Shown: piece by piece, positions 40,412 through 50,663 of the stretch
Position numbering within the stretch: position 1 is the first letter of the stretch
Layout: the number at the start of each line of letters is the position of its first letter
Assembly: GCA_963719225.1 (NCBI GenBank)
Contig: CAVRAY010000001.1
Location: 480,001-544,000 of the forward strand
DNA length: 64,000 nt
Reading direction: 5' to 3'
Source of the DNA: Thermoanaerobaculia bacterium
GTDB taxonomy: Bacteria > Acidobacteriota > Thermoanaerobaculia > UBA5066
Position numbers and translations under genes: made by a program
The notes under the pieces: model-generated
Databases searched by the model: none
What the model saw: the letters and a program-made list of their open reading frames with translations, nothing else
Told to the model about the DNA's origin: nothing

Positions 40412-42162
40412 GTCCCGTCGACAGCGGCTTCCCGCGGGATTCCGGCGTGAAGAAGCGGATGCTCCCCTCGGTGACCGAGGTCGTCCGCGAGCTCGCCAAG
40501 GTCGTCTCCGCGGACCCGGCCGTGCTGTTCAAGGGCGCGCGGAGCGTGGTCGCCGAGGAGCTCGCGAAGGTGAAGCAGGGGTTCGAAGCGGCGCCGCTCG
40601 ACGTCCTCGTCAAGAGGGCGCGCCTGCAGCTCGAGCGCGACGGCGAGGCGACCCCCGTGTCCGACCCGCCCATGCCCGTCTTTCCGACACGCCCCGCGCC
40701 GTCGCGCGATGCGGCGGAAACCCCTTCGTCTCCCGCGGGCGGCGCCTCCACGAAGAGGGCGACTCCCGACGATCCCTTTCAGGACGTGGCGTCGCGGGCG
40801 GAGCTCAACTGGGAAAAGGAGATCCCGATCCAACCCGAGGACGCGCCCTTCCGCTCCGCGATCCTTCCCATTCCGCGCAAGTCGCGGGGGCCGCTCGAGA
40901 TTTCCCAGCCCATCGACGCGCCGCACAAACCCGCTTCGGAGCCGAAGGTTGAGCCAAGAGTTGAGCCGAAGGTTGAGCCGACGCCTGGGCTGAAAACCGA
41001 GCCGGCCCCTCGGAAACCGCATCCCGAGCTGGAGCTGGACTTTGCTCGCCCGTCGCCGGCGGCGCCCGAAGCTCCCAAGCCAAAACCGAGAGTCGCGCCT
41101 CCCGAGCCGCCTCCGGTTCGGCCCGAGCCGGCTCCGAAGCCGAAAGCAACGCCTGCCGAGCCCGCGCCGCTCGCGTCCGAGCCCGCAGAACCGGCGCCGA
41201 AGCCGGCCCCGGCCGAGGTTGCGCCGGAAAAGCCGATGCAGCGTCCCGCGGTGGTGTCCGCACCCGCCATCCCGCTCGTGAACCCGCGCGAGCTCGAGCT
41301 CCCCGAGGCCCTCTCCCGGCGCGCTTCGCCGCCTCCCTCGGTTCCCAAGGCTCCTTTCGAGCCGCTTCCGCAGCCCGCCGGCCCGGAGCGGTTCCTCGTG
41401 ACGCCGGCTCCGCCTCCGCGGCGCGAGCCCGCGGTGATGTCCATGTCGGAGATGCCGCCCCTCGCAGAGACTCTCGAGGACCAGATCGAGAACCACGACG
41501 ACACGCAGCCGAACATGGAGGAGTTCAATTTCAAGGCGGCTGAAAATCCCGCCCCGGCGCAGGCCCCGCCGCCCTCCCGCTCGAGCCGAAGGGGCTGGCT
41601 CGTTGCGATCCTGGGCGTCCTCGTGATCGCCGCGGGCCTGACGTGGGCCGTGCGCGAGGGCGTTTTCAAGAGCGACGTCGTCAGGAACCCAGCGCTCGTC
41701 ACGCAACAAATCCCCGACCTGGCGCCGCCCGAAAGCGTGGCGCCCGCACAGGCACCCACGGCTCCGCCACCCGTCCTCGGAAAACCCGCGGGGCCGCCAT
41801 CGAAATCCGCTCCCGCTCCGGCGAAACAGTCTGCCGCCGGTCCCCCCTCGGGCGCCGCGATCCCGAAGGGCCGGGCTGCGGTGCTGCTGACGCCCGACTG
41901 GGCGGGGAAGCCTGTCGTCTACGTCATTCACTTCTCGTCGACGAAGGATCGCGAGAGCGCGGCGAAGGAGGCGCAGAAGCTCGGCGCCGCTCTCGGCGCT
42001 CCCGCACGCGCCGTCGAAGTGGATCTCGGCGAAAAGGGGACCTGGTACCGCGTCGTGATCGGCGAGTTCAAAGACGTCGACGCCGCGCGCGCGTTCCGCG
42101 CGGAGCTCGAGGCGAAGAAGACGCCGGGCATGGGCTTCGTCTACGAGATGCGGGGGCGCTGA
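40408..42162 (+). CDS. Bitopic Pro-rich membrane protein with C-terminal SPOR domain
   Basis: Helical N-domain, long Pro/Glu-rich linker, TM GWLVAILGVLVIAAGLTWAV, SPOR-like YVIHFSS...WYRVVIGEF...AARAF; ATGA overlap with mamK-like gene. Confidence 0.85.
   Translation: MSPVDSGFPRDSGVKKRMLPSVTEVVRELAKVVSADPAVLFKGARSVVAEELAKVKQGFEAAPLDVLVKRARLQLERDGEATPVSDPPMPVFPTRPAPSRDAAETPSSPAGGASTKRATPDDPFQDVASRAELNWEKEIPIQPEDAPFRSAILPIPRKSRGPLEISQPIDAPHKPASEPKVEPRVEPKVEPTPGLKTEPAPRKPHPELELDFARPSPAAPEAPKPKPRVAPPEPPPVRPEPAPKPKATPAEPAPLASEPAEPAPKPAPAEVAPEKPMQRPAVVSAPAIPLVNPRELELPEALSRRASPPPSVPKAPFEPLPQPAGPERFLVTPAPPPRREPAVMSMSEMPPLAETLEDQIENHDDTQPNMEEFNFKAAENPAPAQAPPPSRSSRRGWLVAILGVLVIAAGLTWAVREGVFKSDVVRNPALVTQQIPDLAPPESVAPAQAPTAPPPVLGKPAGPPSKSAPAPAKQSAAGPPSGAAIPKGRAAVLLTPDWAGKPVVYVIHFSSTKDRESAAKEAQKLGAALGAPARAVEVDLGEKGTWYRVVIGEFKDVDAARAFRAELEAKKTPGMGFVYEMRGR
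40939..40980 (+). repeat. 12-bp tandem repeat encoding EPKV/EPRV
   Basis: GAGCCGAAGGTT GAGCCAAGAGTT GAGCCGAAGGTT GAGCCG. Confidence 0.85.
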
Positions 42163-42199
42163 GGCACGAGCGCGCTCGTCTTGTACGTCGCTGCGTCGG

Positions 42200-43680
42200 T
42201 GTCAAAGCTCCTTAGAAGTGTCCCCTCGTAGAGCTCGTTAGAAATGTCCCCTTTTGGTCGTCGTAGTCGTCGCGCGGTGGAAATGTGGAAAACGGGAGGC
42301 CGGCCTCATCGGAGGCCGGCGCGCTCCTTGCGCTCCCATGAAGCCTGGACGCTTGCGGCGGTTAATGGTGTTCTCCAGGGGTGAACATCAGAGGGCGCTT
42401 TGAAAGGGCGGCGTGTTGCCACGGAGGCCGGCTTGATCAGTGGCGCCGGCCGAGGCGGCCGGTTTTTGATTTCGTGAAACTCGAGGGCTCGATGGTAGTG
42501 AAGCAGCACCCGACTGCCATCAAGCCTGTGGCGAACCACGATCTTCTCGCGGCGGCGCGGCATCTGAGACTTGGGCCCGGTAATCTGGAACCAGCGGCCG
42601 TCCCAGGCGACCGTCCAGTCGTTCTGCACGGTGCGCTGCTCTTCGAAGACGAAAACATCCTCGAGCCGTAGGCGCTTGGGCACGGGTCGGTGGTAGTCGA
42701 CTCGGCTAGCCGAGCTGTGCGCGAATCTCTGATTGATCGTCTCGAGGAATCCTCCTCTCAGAAGGGCGTTGGCCGCCTGGAGGTCCTTGATGCCATGCAG
42801 CCTGAACTCCTTGACGAGCCGGTCCTGAAGCACGCCGTGCCGCCGCTCGATCCTGCCCTTGGCCTGAGGGCTGGCTGCGGGAATGATCTGAATCGAGAGC
42901 TTGTGGCAGGCCTTGCCGAAGGCCGTCAGTGCAGGCCGGCCTAAGAGCTGCTCGTCTTTCGTCGGCTCGCGATCAGCCACGTAGAGATTCTTGTGGTCGG
43001 TGTAAAGCGCCTTGGGGATCCCGTAAAGCTCGATCCACCGCCACAGCACCCTCATCGCTCCTTCGGTGGTCTCCTGCTCGAAGAATTCGCCTCCCATCTT
43101 CGCCGTGGCGTCGTCGACGAGGTCGATCAGGCATGGCTTGTGGCCCGTCTCGAGCCAGTCGTGGAAGCTTCCGTCCATCTGAACGAGCTCGCCGAAGTGC
43201 TCCTTCGGCGGCCTCCACCTGCGGTGCGGCCCTCGTTTCCTTTTCTTCTTCCACAGCCCCTCTACCATCAGCCACCGCCGCAACGTCTCGTGAGAAACCC
43301 TCAGCCCCACCTCGAGAAGCTTCTCGGCCGCCAGTGTCGGCCCAAAACCTTCCAGCCGCGTCCGGCAGAGCTCGAGACTCTGCTGCTTGCTCTCAGGGTC
43401 CAACTTCCGATTCGACGGCCGTCCTCGCGAGCGATGCACCAGTCCCTTGGCGCCCTCGGCGCGGTATCTCTTCCAGATCCTCTTGCCCTGCCGCCCGCTC
43501 ATCTGAAGCCGCTCGGCAGCCGCCACGACCGTCTGACGCCCGGCCTTCACCTGCTCGAGCTCCACCAGCCGCGCTCTCTCCTTCGTGCTCAGCCCCACGA
43601 TCTCCTCCATCGCGCCCCCTTCTTTACGAGGGGACACTTCTATCGAGTTATCGAGGGGACACTTTCATGGAGCTACGACA
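42200..43680 (-). mobile_element. Insertion sequence, IS1202 (ex-ISNCY) family, 17-bp target-site duplication
   Basis: TGT...ACA ends; imperfect IRs TGTCAAAGCTCC / TGTCGTAGCTCC with repeated AA(G/A)TGTCCCCT sub-terminal sites; GTACGTCGCTGCGTCGG at 42183-42199 and 43681-43697. Confidence 0.92.
42306..43610 (-). CDS. DDE transposase (IS1202/ISNCY type)
   Basis: N-terminal HTH, GELVQMDGSFHDW, VDDAT, LYTD, SPQAKGRIER..LQDRL. Confidence 0.93.
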   Translation of the reverse strand: MEEIVGLSTKERARLVELEQVKAGRQTVVAAAERLQMSGRQGKRIWKRYRAEGAKGLVHRSRGRPSNRKLDPESKQQSLELCRTRLEGFGPTLAAEKLLEVGLRVSHETLRRWLMVEGLWKKKRKRGPHRRWRPPKEHFGELVQMDGSFHDWLETGHKPCLIDLVDDATAKMGGEFFEQETTEGAMRVLWRWIELYGIPKALYTDHKNLYVADREPTKDEQLLGRPALTAFGKACHKLSIQIIPAASPQAKGRIERRHGVLQDRLVKEFRLHGIKDLQAANALLRGGFLETINQRFAHSSASRVDYHRPVPKRLRLEDVFVFEEQRTVQNDWTVAWDGRWFQITGPKSQMPRRREKIVVRHRLDGSRVLLHYHRALEFHEIKNRPPRPAPLIKPASVATRRPFKAPSDVHPWRTPLTAASVQASWERKERAGLR

Positions 43681-43697
43681 GTACGTCGCTGCGTCGG

Positions 43698-43726
43698 TTG
43701 ACATCTGATGTGTGATGCGTGATGCT
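43698..43726 (+). promoter_or_regulatory. sigma70 promoter and palindromic operator of vapBC
   Basis: TTGACA-17 nt-GATGCT, 6 nt before the ATG; palindrome ACATC-T-GATGT at 43701-43711. Confidence 0.6.
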
Positions 43727-43732
43727 ATCCCG

Positions 43733-43960
43733 ATGAGGACGACACTCGAGATCGACGACGATGTCTTGCAGGCGGCGAAGGAGATCGCGGCCAATCGCTC
43801 GACTACGGCCGGTCGAGTCCTTTCGGCCCTCGCGCGAAAGGCGCTCGAGCCGGGAAGGCAACCGCAGGTACGCAACGGGGTACCCCTGATTCCGCGCCGG
43901 CCGAAAGGGAGCGTCCGCCCGACGATGGCTCTCGTCAATCGGCTCCGGGACGAGGCGTGA
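43733..43960 (+). CDS. vapB: VapB-type antitoxin (RHH)
   Basis: MRTTLEIDDDVLQAAKEIA...RNGVP; GTGA overlap with the PIN gene. Confidence 0.88.
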   Translation: MRTTLEIDDDVLQAAKEIAANRSTTAGRVLSALARKALEPGRQPQVRNGVPLIPRRPKGSVRPTMALVNRLRDEA

Positions 43961-44400
43961 GGCGAGTCGCCCTCCTCGACGTCAACGTCCTCGTCGCGCT
44001 GTTCGATCCGGATCACGTGCACCACGAAGCCGCCCATCAATGGTTTCGCGGCATTCGCCAGGATGGCTGGGCCACCTGCCCGATCACAGAAAACGGGCTC
44101 GTGCGGATTCTCTCGAATCCCGCCTACATGGCCCGCCCCGAGACGCGCGGAGCGATCGTCCGACGCCTCGTCGACTTCTGCGCGAGCGGTGAGCACGTCT
44201 TCTGGTCCGACGAGATCTCGTTTCGAGACCACGGTCTCTTTAAGTGGTCCGCGCCCGTGTCCCACCAGGCGCTCACGGACGTTTACCTGTTGGGTCTTGC
44301 GAGGAGCAGGTCGGGGAAGCTCGCGACGTTCGACCGAAGTATTCCCGTTGCGGCCTTCGTCGGAGCCGACCGAGGAACACTCGAGGTGATCCCGGCCTGA
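43957..44400 (+). CDS. vapC: VapC PIN-domain ribonuclease toxin
   Basis: LLDVNVLVAL, HVHH, TCPITENG, TDVYLL, LATFD. Confidence 0.92.
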   Translation: MRRVALLDVNVLVALFDPDHVHHEAAHQWFRGIRQDGWATCPITENGLVRILSNPAYMARPETRGAIVRRLVDFCASGEHVFWSDEISFRDHGLFKWSAPVSHQALTDVYLLGLARSRSGKLATFDRSIPVAAFVGADRGTLEVIPA

Positions 44401-44437
44401 CGAGCGGCTTGAATCTCCGAGGGGAGACTTCCTCTAT

Positions 44438-45154
44438 TCATTGGCAGCCCCTCTCGGCACGTCGCAACGCGGCCTCCTGTCCGGCCTCCTGCCCTGGTCC
44501 GGGGCCGGGGATAATGACCTTTGCCACCGGCGCGACGGCCTCGTACAAGAGCCTCAAGAATCCATCACCGCCGCCGTTCGAGCGTACGACGCCGTGGGCC
44601 GCCACCAGGGATTCCTGCAGTAGCTTGCACCCGGCCTGCAGCGCCTGCGCACGTCCCTCGTCTTCGGTGTTGGGTTTCTCCCCTTTCGCCAGGGCTGCGC
44701 GGCTCGCTTCAAGAGAACGACGACGGTCCTCCTCGTGGAAAGCGAGTACGCGCTGCGCCTCGCCCCGCAAGAGATTCTCTGGTTCGGAAGGCAGGTTTAG
44801 GGCCTGCCATTTCGCGCGGATGAGCTGTCTGGTGGGGCTGGCCTCAAACTCGGGATCGAACATGTGGGGAATGAAGTTGCGGTAGAGCTCGATGGGAAGG
44901 AAGAGGGCGGGTGTCTTCGCACCGTTGACGTAGTCCTGAATTGGAATATCTCCGCTATTGTTATTGAGGGATACCCGATCAGCAGCTGCGCGACATGCCG
45001 CGGCGCCCGGTGCGAAGCGCGCCGCAAGTCGCTCCTCTGTGGTCCACTGCCACGCCGCCTTCGAACGTGTAGGCGATTGTGATTGGGTCTCCTCAGCCGT
45101 CCCGGGAAAGCCGAGCACACACTGGAGGGACACGGTTAACAAGAGCCTATTCAA
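44438..45154 (-). CDS. Hypothetical exported protein, lower GC than flanks
   Basis: Open frame with signal-like N-terminus (TTG 45154); no recognisable family. Confidence 0.55.
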   Translation of the reverse strand: MNRLLLTVSLQCVLGFPGTAEETQSQSPTRSKAAWQWTTEERLAARFAPGAAACRAAADRVSLNNNSGDIPIQDYVNGAKTPALFLPIELYRNFIPHMFDPEFEASPTRQLIRAKWQALNLPSEPENLLRGEAQRVLAFHEEDRRRSLEASRAALAKGEKPNTEDEGRAQALQAGCKLLQESLVAAHGVVRSNGGGDGFLRLLYEAVAPVAKVIIPGPGPGQEAGQEAALRRAERGCQ

Positions 45155-45202
45155 TGTCGCTTCTTCTTGAGTCCTCGTCAAAGATCATCATCGGCTCCGC
45201 TC

Positions 45203-45232
45203 AAAAAAAATAGGGCCGCGCGAACGCGGCCC
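45203..45232 (-). terminator. Rho-independent terminator of korAB
   Basis: Minus strand GGGCCGCG-TTCG-CGCGGCCC followed by TA-T8. Confidence 0.88.
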
Positions 45233-45255
45233 GAGGCATCCATGGAAGAAGGCCG

Positions 45256-46134
45256 TCAGAATGACGGCTGGAAAGTCTTGATGACGTCGGCGACGGTCGG
45301 CGCCGGCTTGCCGGCGAGCGCGTTCACCTTGACGGCCGCGAGGCGGTCGAGGAGGGTGGGCTCCGAAACTTCGTAGAGCAGCCCCGTCGTCATGAACTCC
45401 TTCTCCCGCGTGTAGGCGAGCGCCGCCGCGCGCGACGAGGGGTCGTGATCCGCGGGGAGCGGCTTCTGCTTGGCCTTGAGCGTCTTGAACAGGTCGTCGC
45501 CGCGCCACGTGACGCAGGGAGACATGATGTTCAGGAACGCGAATCCCTTGTGAGAAAGAGCCTTCACCATGAGCTCGACGGTGCCCTTCAGGTCGCCCGA
45601 GAAGGTGCGCCCGACCCACGTGGCTCCGAACGAGATCGCGAGCTCGCAGGGGTCGACCGAAGGCTCGGGGTTTCCGTAGTGCGTGGACTTCGTCTTGTCT
45701 CCCGCGGGGGTCGTGGGCGCGGCCTGGCCCTTCGTGAGGCCGTAGATCTCGTTGTCCATGAGGAGGTACGTGACGTCCAGATTGCGCCTCGCGGCGTGCA
45801 TGAAGTGGTTGCCGCCGATGGCGATCCCGTCGCCGTCGCCGCCCACGGCGATGACCTTGAGGTCCGGGCGCGCGACCTTGACGCCCGCCGCGAGCGGAAG
45901 AGCGCGGCCGTGAAGGCTGTTCACGCCGAACGTGGCCACGTAGCCGGGGAGGCGCGACGAGCAGCCGATTCCCGAGACGACGACCGTCTCCCAGGGCTTG
46001 ACCTGCAATTCGGTGAGCGCGCGATAGAGGCCGGTCAGGACGCCGAAGTCGCCGCAACCGGCGCACCAGACGGGTTTCAGCTCGGTCTTGTAGTCGGCGG
46101 GCTTGAACTCGGGGAGCGTCGCGGTTTCGCTCAT
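45256..46134 (-). CDS. korB: 2-oxoacid:ferredoxin oxidoreductase beta subunit
   Basis: WCAGCGDFG, SGIGCSS, HGR, GGDGD, DNEIYGLTKGQ, SPCVT. Confidence 0.93.
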   Translation of the reverse strand: MSETATLPEFKPADYKTELKPVWCAGCGDFGVLTGLYRALTELQVKPWETVVVSGIGCSSRLPGYVATFGVNSLHGRALPLAAGVKVARPDLKVIAVGGDGDGIAIGGNHFMHAARRNLDVTYLLMDNEIYGLTKGQAAPTTPAGDKTKSTHYGNPEPSVDPCELAISFGATWVGRTFSGDLKGTVELMVKALSHKGFAFLNIMSPCVTWRGDDLFKTLKAKQKPLPADHDPSSRAAALAYTREKEFMTTGLLYEVSEPTLLDRLAAVKVNALAGKPAPTVADVIKTFQPSF

Positions 46135-47903
46135 GCGGACACCTTTTCCTCGCTACGTTCGCCCGCGAAGAGCGCGGTGATCTCCGCGTCCACTTCGGCG
46201 ACGGTCAGGTGCTTGCCCCCCGACCTCTTGAAGACGTGCGTGCGCCCGGCGGGCAGGTCGATGAACGTGCGGAGGTATTGGTGGAACTGCGCGGCGTACG
46301 AGAGCTCGACGACGAGGATCTGCTTGACGCCTTTCAGGAACGCCTCGAGCTCCTTCTTCGGGAAAGGATGGATCATCTGGGGTATGAAGGCGGCGACCTT
46401 CTGGCCGCGCGCGTTCGCGCGCTGCACGGCTTCGCGCACGACTCCCTTCGACGACCCCCAGCACACGATGCCGACTTCGGCGTCCTCGGGCCCGTAACGC
46501 CGGTGGAACTTGTGGGCGTCGCGGATGGGGACGAGCTTGCGATAGCGCTTCTCGTTCATCCTCTCGTGGAGGAGGTACCCGGAGCCGGGGCTGCCCTCCT
46601 CGTCGTGCTCGAGCCCGTTCGTCTGGTAGATCCCGCCCTTGATGCCCGGGCGCGCGATCGGCGAGACGCCGTCGGCGGTTTCCCGGTAGCGGTGGTAGTC
46701 GGTGAGCTCCTCGGGAGACGGAAGGCGCCGCTCGCGCACCTCGTGGACCAGAGACGCCGGGTCGAAGGTCTCCCGCCGCTGGCCGACGAGCTGGTCGGAG
46801 AGGACGATGACGGGGATCTGATATTCCTCGGCGATGTTGAAGGCCTCGACGGTCGTGTGGAAGCAGTCTTCCACGTCCGAGGGGGCCAGGACGACGCGCG
46901 GCGCGTCGCCGTGCCCGGCGAAGACCGCCTGGAAGAGATCCGACTGCTCGCTCTTCGTGGGAAGGCCGGTGGACGGTCCGCCGCGCTGAACGTTCACGAC
47001 GACACAGGGGAGCTCGGCCATCGACGCGAGCCCGAGCATCTCGGTCATGAGGGAGAGACCGGGGCCGGAGGTGGCCGTCATCGCCTTCTGGCCCGCGAAA
47101 GACGCGCCGAGGACGGCGCCGATGGCGGAGAGCTCGTCTTCCGTCTGCGAGAGCGAGCCGCCCATCTTCGGAAGCCACTCGTCGAGGAACATGAGGATCT
47201 CGGTGGAAGGCGTGATGGGGTAGCCCGCGAAATAGCGACAGCCCGCGTGCAGGGCCCCGATCGCGGAGGCCTCGTTACCCGACATGATGAGCTTGACGGG
47301 GCCCGGCGTGAAGGCGAGCTGGCGCTCCGGCATCGGCGGGAGCGTCTGGCCGAGGAGATACCCGGCTTCGAACGCCTTCAGGGCGCCTTCACCGACCGCC
47401 GCTTTCTTCCGCCCGAAGCGGGAGACGACCGCGCGGCGAAGCGTGTCGAGGGGGAGGCCGAAGAGGGCCGTGAGAACGCCGAGCCCGACGAGGTTCTTCG
47501 ATCCCTTCGCGCCGGAATCCGTGGAGAGCTTCCCGAACGGCAGCTTGATCCAGACGGCATCCGCGTCCAGGCCGAGGTCCTCGGGGGTGCGCGCGACGGG
47601 ATCGGCCTCGTCCGAAAGGACGACGGCGTTCTTCACGGGCGTGCACTCGCCCTTGAAACGGCCGAAGTCGGCCCAGCTGAAGACGACGAGGACGTCCGCG
47701 CCGTCGCCCGATTCGTAGATCGGATCTCCGCTGAGGCGGACGACGCAGGACGATTCGCCGCCCCGGATCTGCGGGCCGTAGGCTTCGGTCTTCAGGACGT
47801 TCAGGCCGTCGCGCGCGGCAGCCTGTGCCAGGACGTCGCCCATCGTGACGATTCCGTCGCCGCCCGCGCCGACCATGGCGATGGTGATATCTCGTTTCGG
47901 CAT
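46131..47903 (-). CDS. korA: 2-oxoacid:ferredoxin oxidoreductase alpha subunit (gamma-alpha fusion)
   Basis: GAGGDG, IRGGES, YPITPSTE, ATSGPG, QRGGPSTGLPTK. Confidence 0.93.
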   Translation of the reverse strand: MPKRDITIAMVGAGGDGIVTMGDVLAQAAARDGLNVLKTEAYGPQIRGGESSCVVRLSGDPIYESGDGADVLVVFSWADFGRFKGECTPVKNAVVLSDEADPVARTPEDLGLDADAVWIKLPFGKLSTDSGAKGSKNLVGLGVLTALFGLPLDTLRRAVVSRFGRKKAAVGEGALKAFEAGYLLGQTLPPMPERQLAFTPGPVKLIMSGNEASAIGALHAGCRYFAGYPITPSTEILMFLDEWLPKMGGSLSQTEDELSAIGAVLGASFAGQKAMTATSGPGLSLMTEMLGLASMAELPCVVVNVQRGGPSTGLPTKSEQSDLFQAVFAGHGDAPRVVLAPSDVEDCFHTTVEAFNIAEEYQIPVIVLSDQLVGQRRETFDPASLVHEVRERRLPSPEELTDYHRYRETADGVSPIARPGIKGGIYQTNGLEHDEEGSPGSGYLLHERMNEKRYRKLVPIRDAHKFHRRYGPEDAEVGIVCWGSSKGVVREAVQRANARGQKVAAFIPQMIHPFPKKELEAFLKGVKQILVVELSYAAQFHQYLRTFIDLPAGRTHVFKRSGGKHLTVAEVDAEITALFAGERSEEKVSA

Positions 47904-48027
47904 CGTTGGCCTCGCCTTCTCCGAACGGCTCGCCGACTCGCCGGAGGGTCCTTCGGGTGCGCGCCAGAGTGCGTGCGGACGCGGGCTACCTCAATGGTGC
48001 AAACGGATCACCCGTTGAGGCTGCGTC

Positions 48028-48807
48028 TCAGGCTGAAATCAGCCGCGCCAGCGAATACGCCGCTCCCGAGGCGAGGGCGCCGACGAGGACGGTGCGCAAC
48101 CCTTCCTGAACGGGCGGCCGGCCCGTCAGCCGACCCTTCACCCCCCCGAAGACGGCGAGCGCAGCCAGCGTGACCCCCACGGACACCGCGAGCGCGGACG
48201 TCACGGGGATAGCGAGGAGGTACGGGGCGAGCGGGATCGCCCCCCCGGCGACGTAGGAGCCGCCGATGGTGAACGCCGAGATGCGCGCGCGCTTCGGATC
48301 GGGCTCCACGAGGTTCAGCTCCTCGCGCATCATGAAATCCACCCAGCGCGTGTGATCCGCGCAGACGGCGTGGGTAGCCTTCTCCAGCGTGTCGCCCTCG
48401 AGGCCCCATCCCCGAAAGACCTTGCGGACCTCCTCCTGCTCCTCGCTCGGAACCTCGGCGACCTCCTCGCGCTCGCGTTTCCGCTCGCTGGCCCAGGTGT
48501 CGGCCTCGCTCCGGGCGGCGAGGTAGCCGCCGAGACCCATCGCGATGGCGCCCGCGGCCAGCTCCGCGACGCCCGCGATGAGAATGACGCGCGCGTTCGC
48601 GACGGCGCCGGAGAGGCCGGCGGCGAGCGCGAACGGAACCGTGAGGCCGTCGGACATTCCGAGGACGACGTCGCGTACCGTCTCGGACCCGGAGAAGTGG
48701 GCCTCGACGTGGTGGTGGCGGGGCCGTGGACGGGACGTGCCCTTCACGTGCGGCGGCGAAGCTGCCGTGTGCGGCCGCGGCTTCTCCTTCGACTTTTGGG
48801 CAGTCAC
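48028..48807 (-). CDS. VIT1/CCC1 Fe2+/Mn2+ transporter
   Basis: RDVVLGMSDGLTVPFALAAG, AGAIAMGLGGYLAA, WVDFMMREEL; His-rich N-terminus. Confidence 0.92.
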   Translation of the reverse strand: MTAQKSKEKPRPHTAASPPHVKGTSRPRPRHHHVEAHFSGSETVRDVVLGMSDGLTVPFALAAGLSGAVANARVILIAGVAELAAGAIAMGLGGYLAARSEADTWASERKREREEVAEVPSEEQEEVRKVFRGWGLEGDTLEKATHAVCADHTRWVDFMMREELNLVEPDPKRARISAFTIGGSYVAGGAIPLAPYLLAIPVTSALAVSVGVTLAALAVFGGVKGRLTGRPPVQEGLRTVLVGALASGAAYSLARLISA

Positions 48808-49514
48808 GGGTTCGTCTGCCAGATCTCGAGGCTCTTCGTCAGGGCGCGGTCGTCGGCCGCGACGAGAGAGACGACCGCGTCCGCCACGTCCTCGGGCTGG
48901 ATCGCGCGCGCCGACTCGAAGGGGAGTCCGGATCTCTTCATGAGATCGGTGCTCACGGTCGACGGGAAGACGCACGTCACGCGCACGTTCGACGTCCGCG
49001 CCTCGTAGAGCAGGACCTCGGAAAGCCCGGCGAGGCCGAACTTCGACGCGCAATAGGCGCCGCCGCCGGCAAACCCGCGGCGGCCCGCGGTCGAGGCGAT
49101 GTTCACGATGTGCCCGCGCTTTCTCGACTTCATCCCGGGCAGGACCGCGCGCGACATGAGGAACGGCCCGCGCAGGTTGACGGCGAGAACGCGGTCGAAG
49201 ACGACCGCATCCATCTTCTCGACGGGAGCGGACGCGAAGATCCCCGCGTTGTTCACGAGCACGTCCACGGGGCCGAGCTGCTGCTCCACGGCGGACACCG
49301 CGCGCGAGACGGCGCCTTCGTCGGCGACGTCCCCGGAGACGGCGCACGTCGTGGCACCCGAGTCCTTCATCTCCTTCTGGACCTCGAGGAGGTTTTTCTT
49401 CGTCTTGCCGAGAAGCGCGACCATCGCTCCGGCGGCCGCGAAGGCGTGCACCAGCGCGCGGCCGATCCCGCGTCCGGCGCCCGTGACGAGAACGACCCTG
49501 CCCTCGAGCTTCAT
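48804..49514 (-). CDS. Short-chain dehydrogenase/reductase
   Basis: TGAGRGIG, NNAG, YCASK. Confidence 0.93.
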   Translation of the reverse strand: MKLEGRVVLVTGAGRGIGRALVHAFAAAGAMVALLGKTKKNLLEVQKEMKDSGATTCAVSGDVADEGAVSRAVSAVEQQLGPVDVLVNNAGIFASAPVEKMDAVVFDRVLAVNLRGPFLMSRAVLPGMKSRKRGHIVNIASTAGRRGFAGGGAYCASKFGLAGLSEVLLYEARTSNVRVTCVFPSTVSTDLMKRSGLPFESARAIQPEDVADAVVSLVAADDRALTKSLEIWQTNP

Positions 49515-49580
49515 CGGCGCCTCCCGGCCGGGATTCTAGAGCCGCACTGGCGTTCGGGGTGGTAACTTGGAGAGAGCCCG

Positions 49581-50662
<1,082 letters not shown>

Positions 50663-50663
<1 letters not shown>

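Noticed and set aside
42200-42255. Repeated AAGTGTCCCCT units as a CRISPR-like or iteron array
   Set aside because: Only two per end and inverted between ends; these are IS sub-terminal transposase-binding sites.
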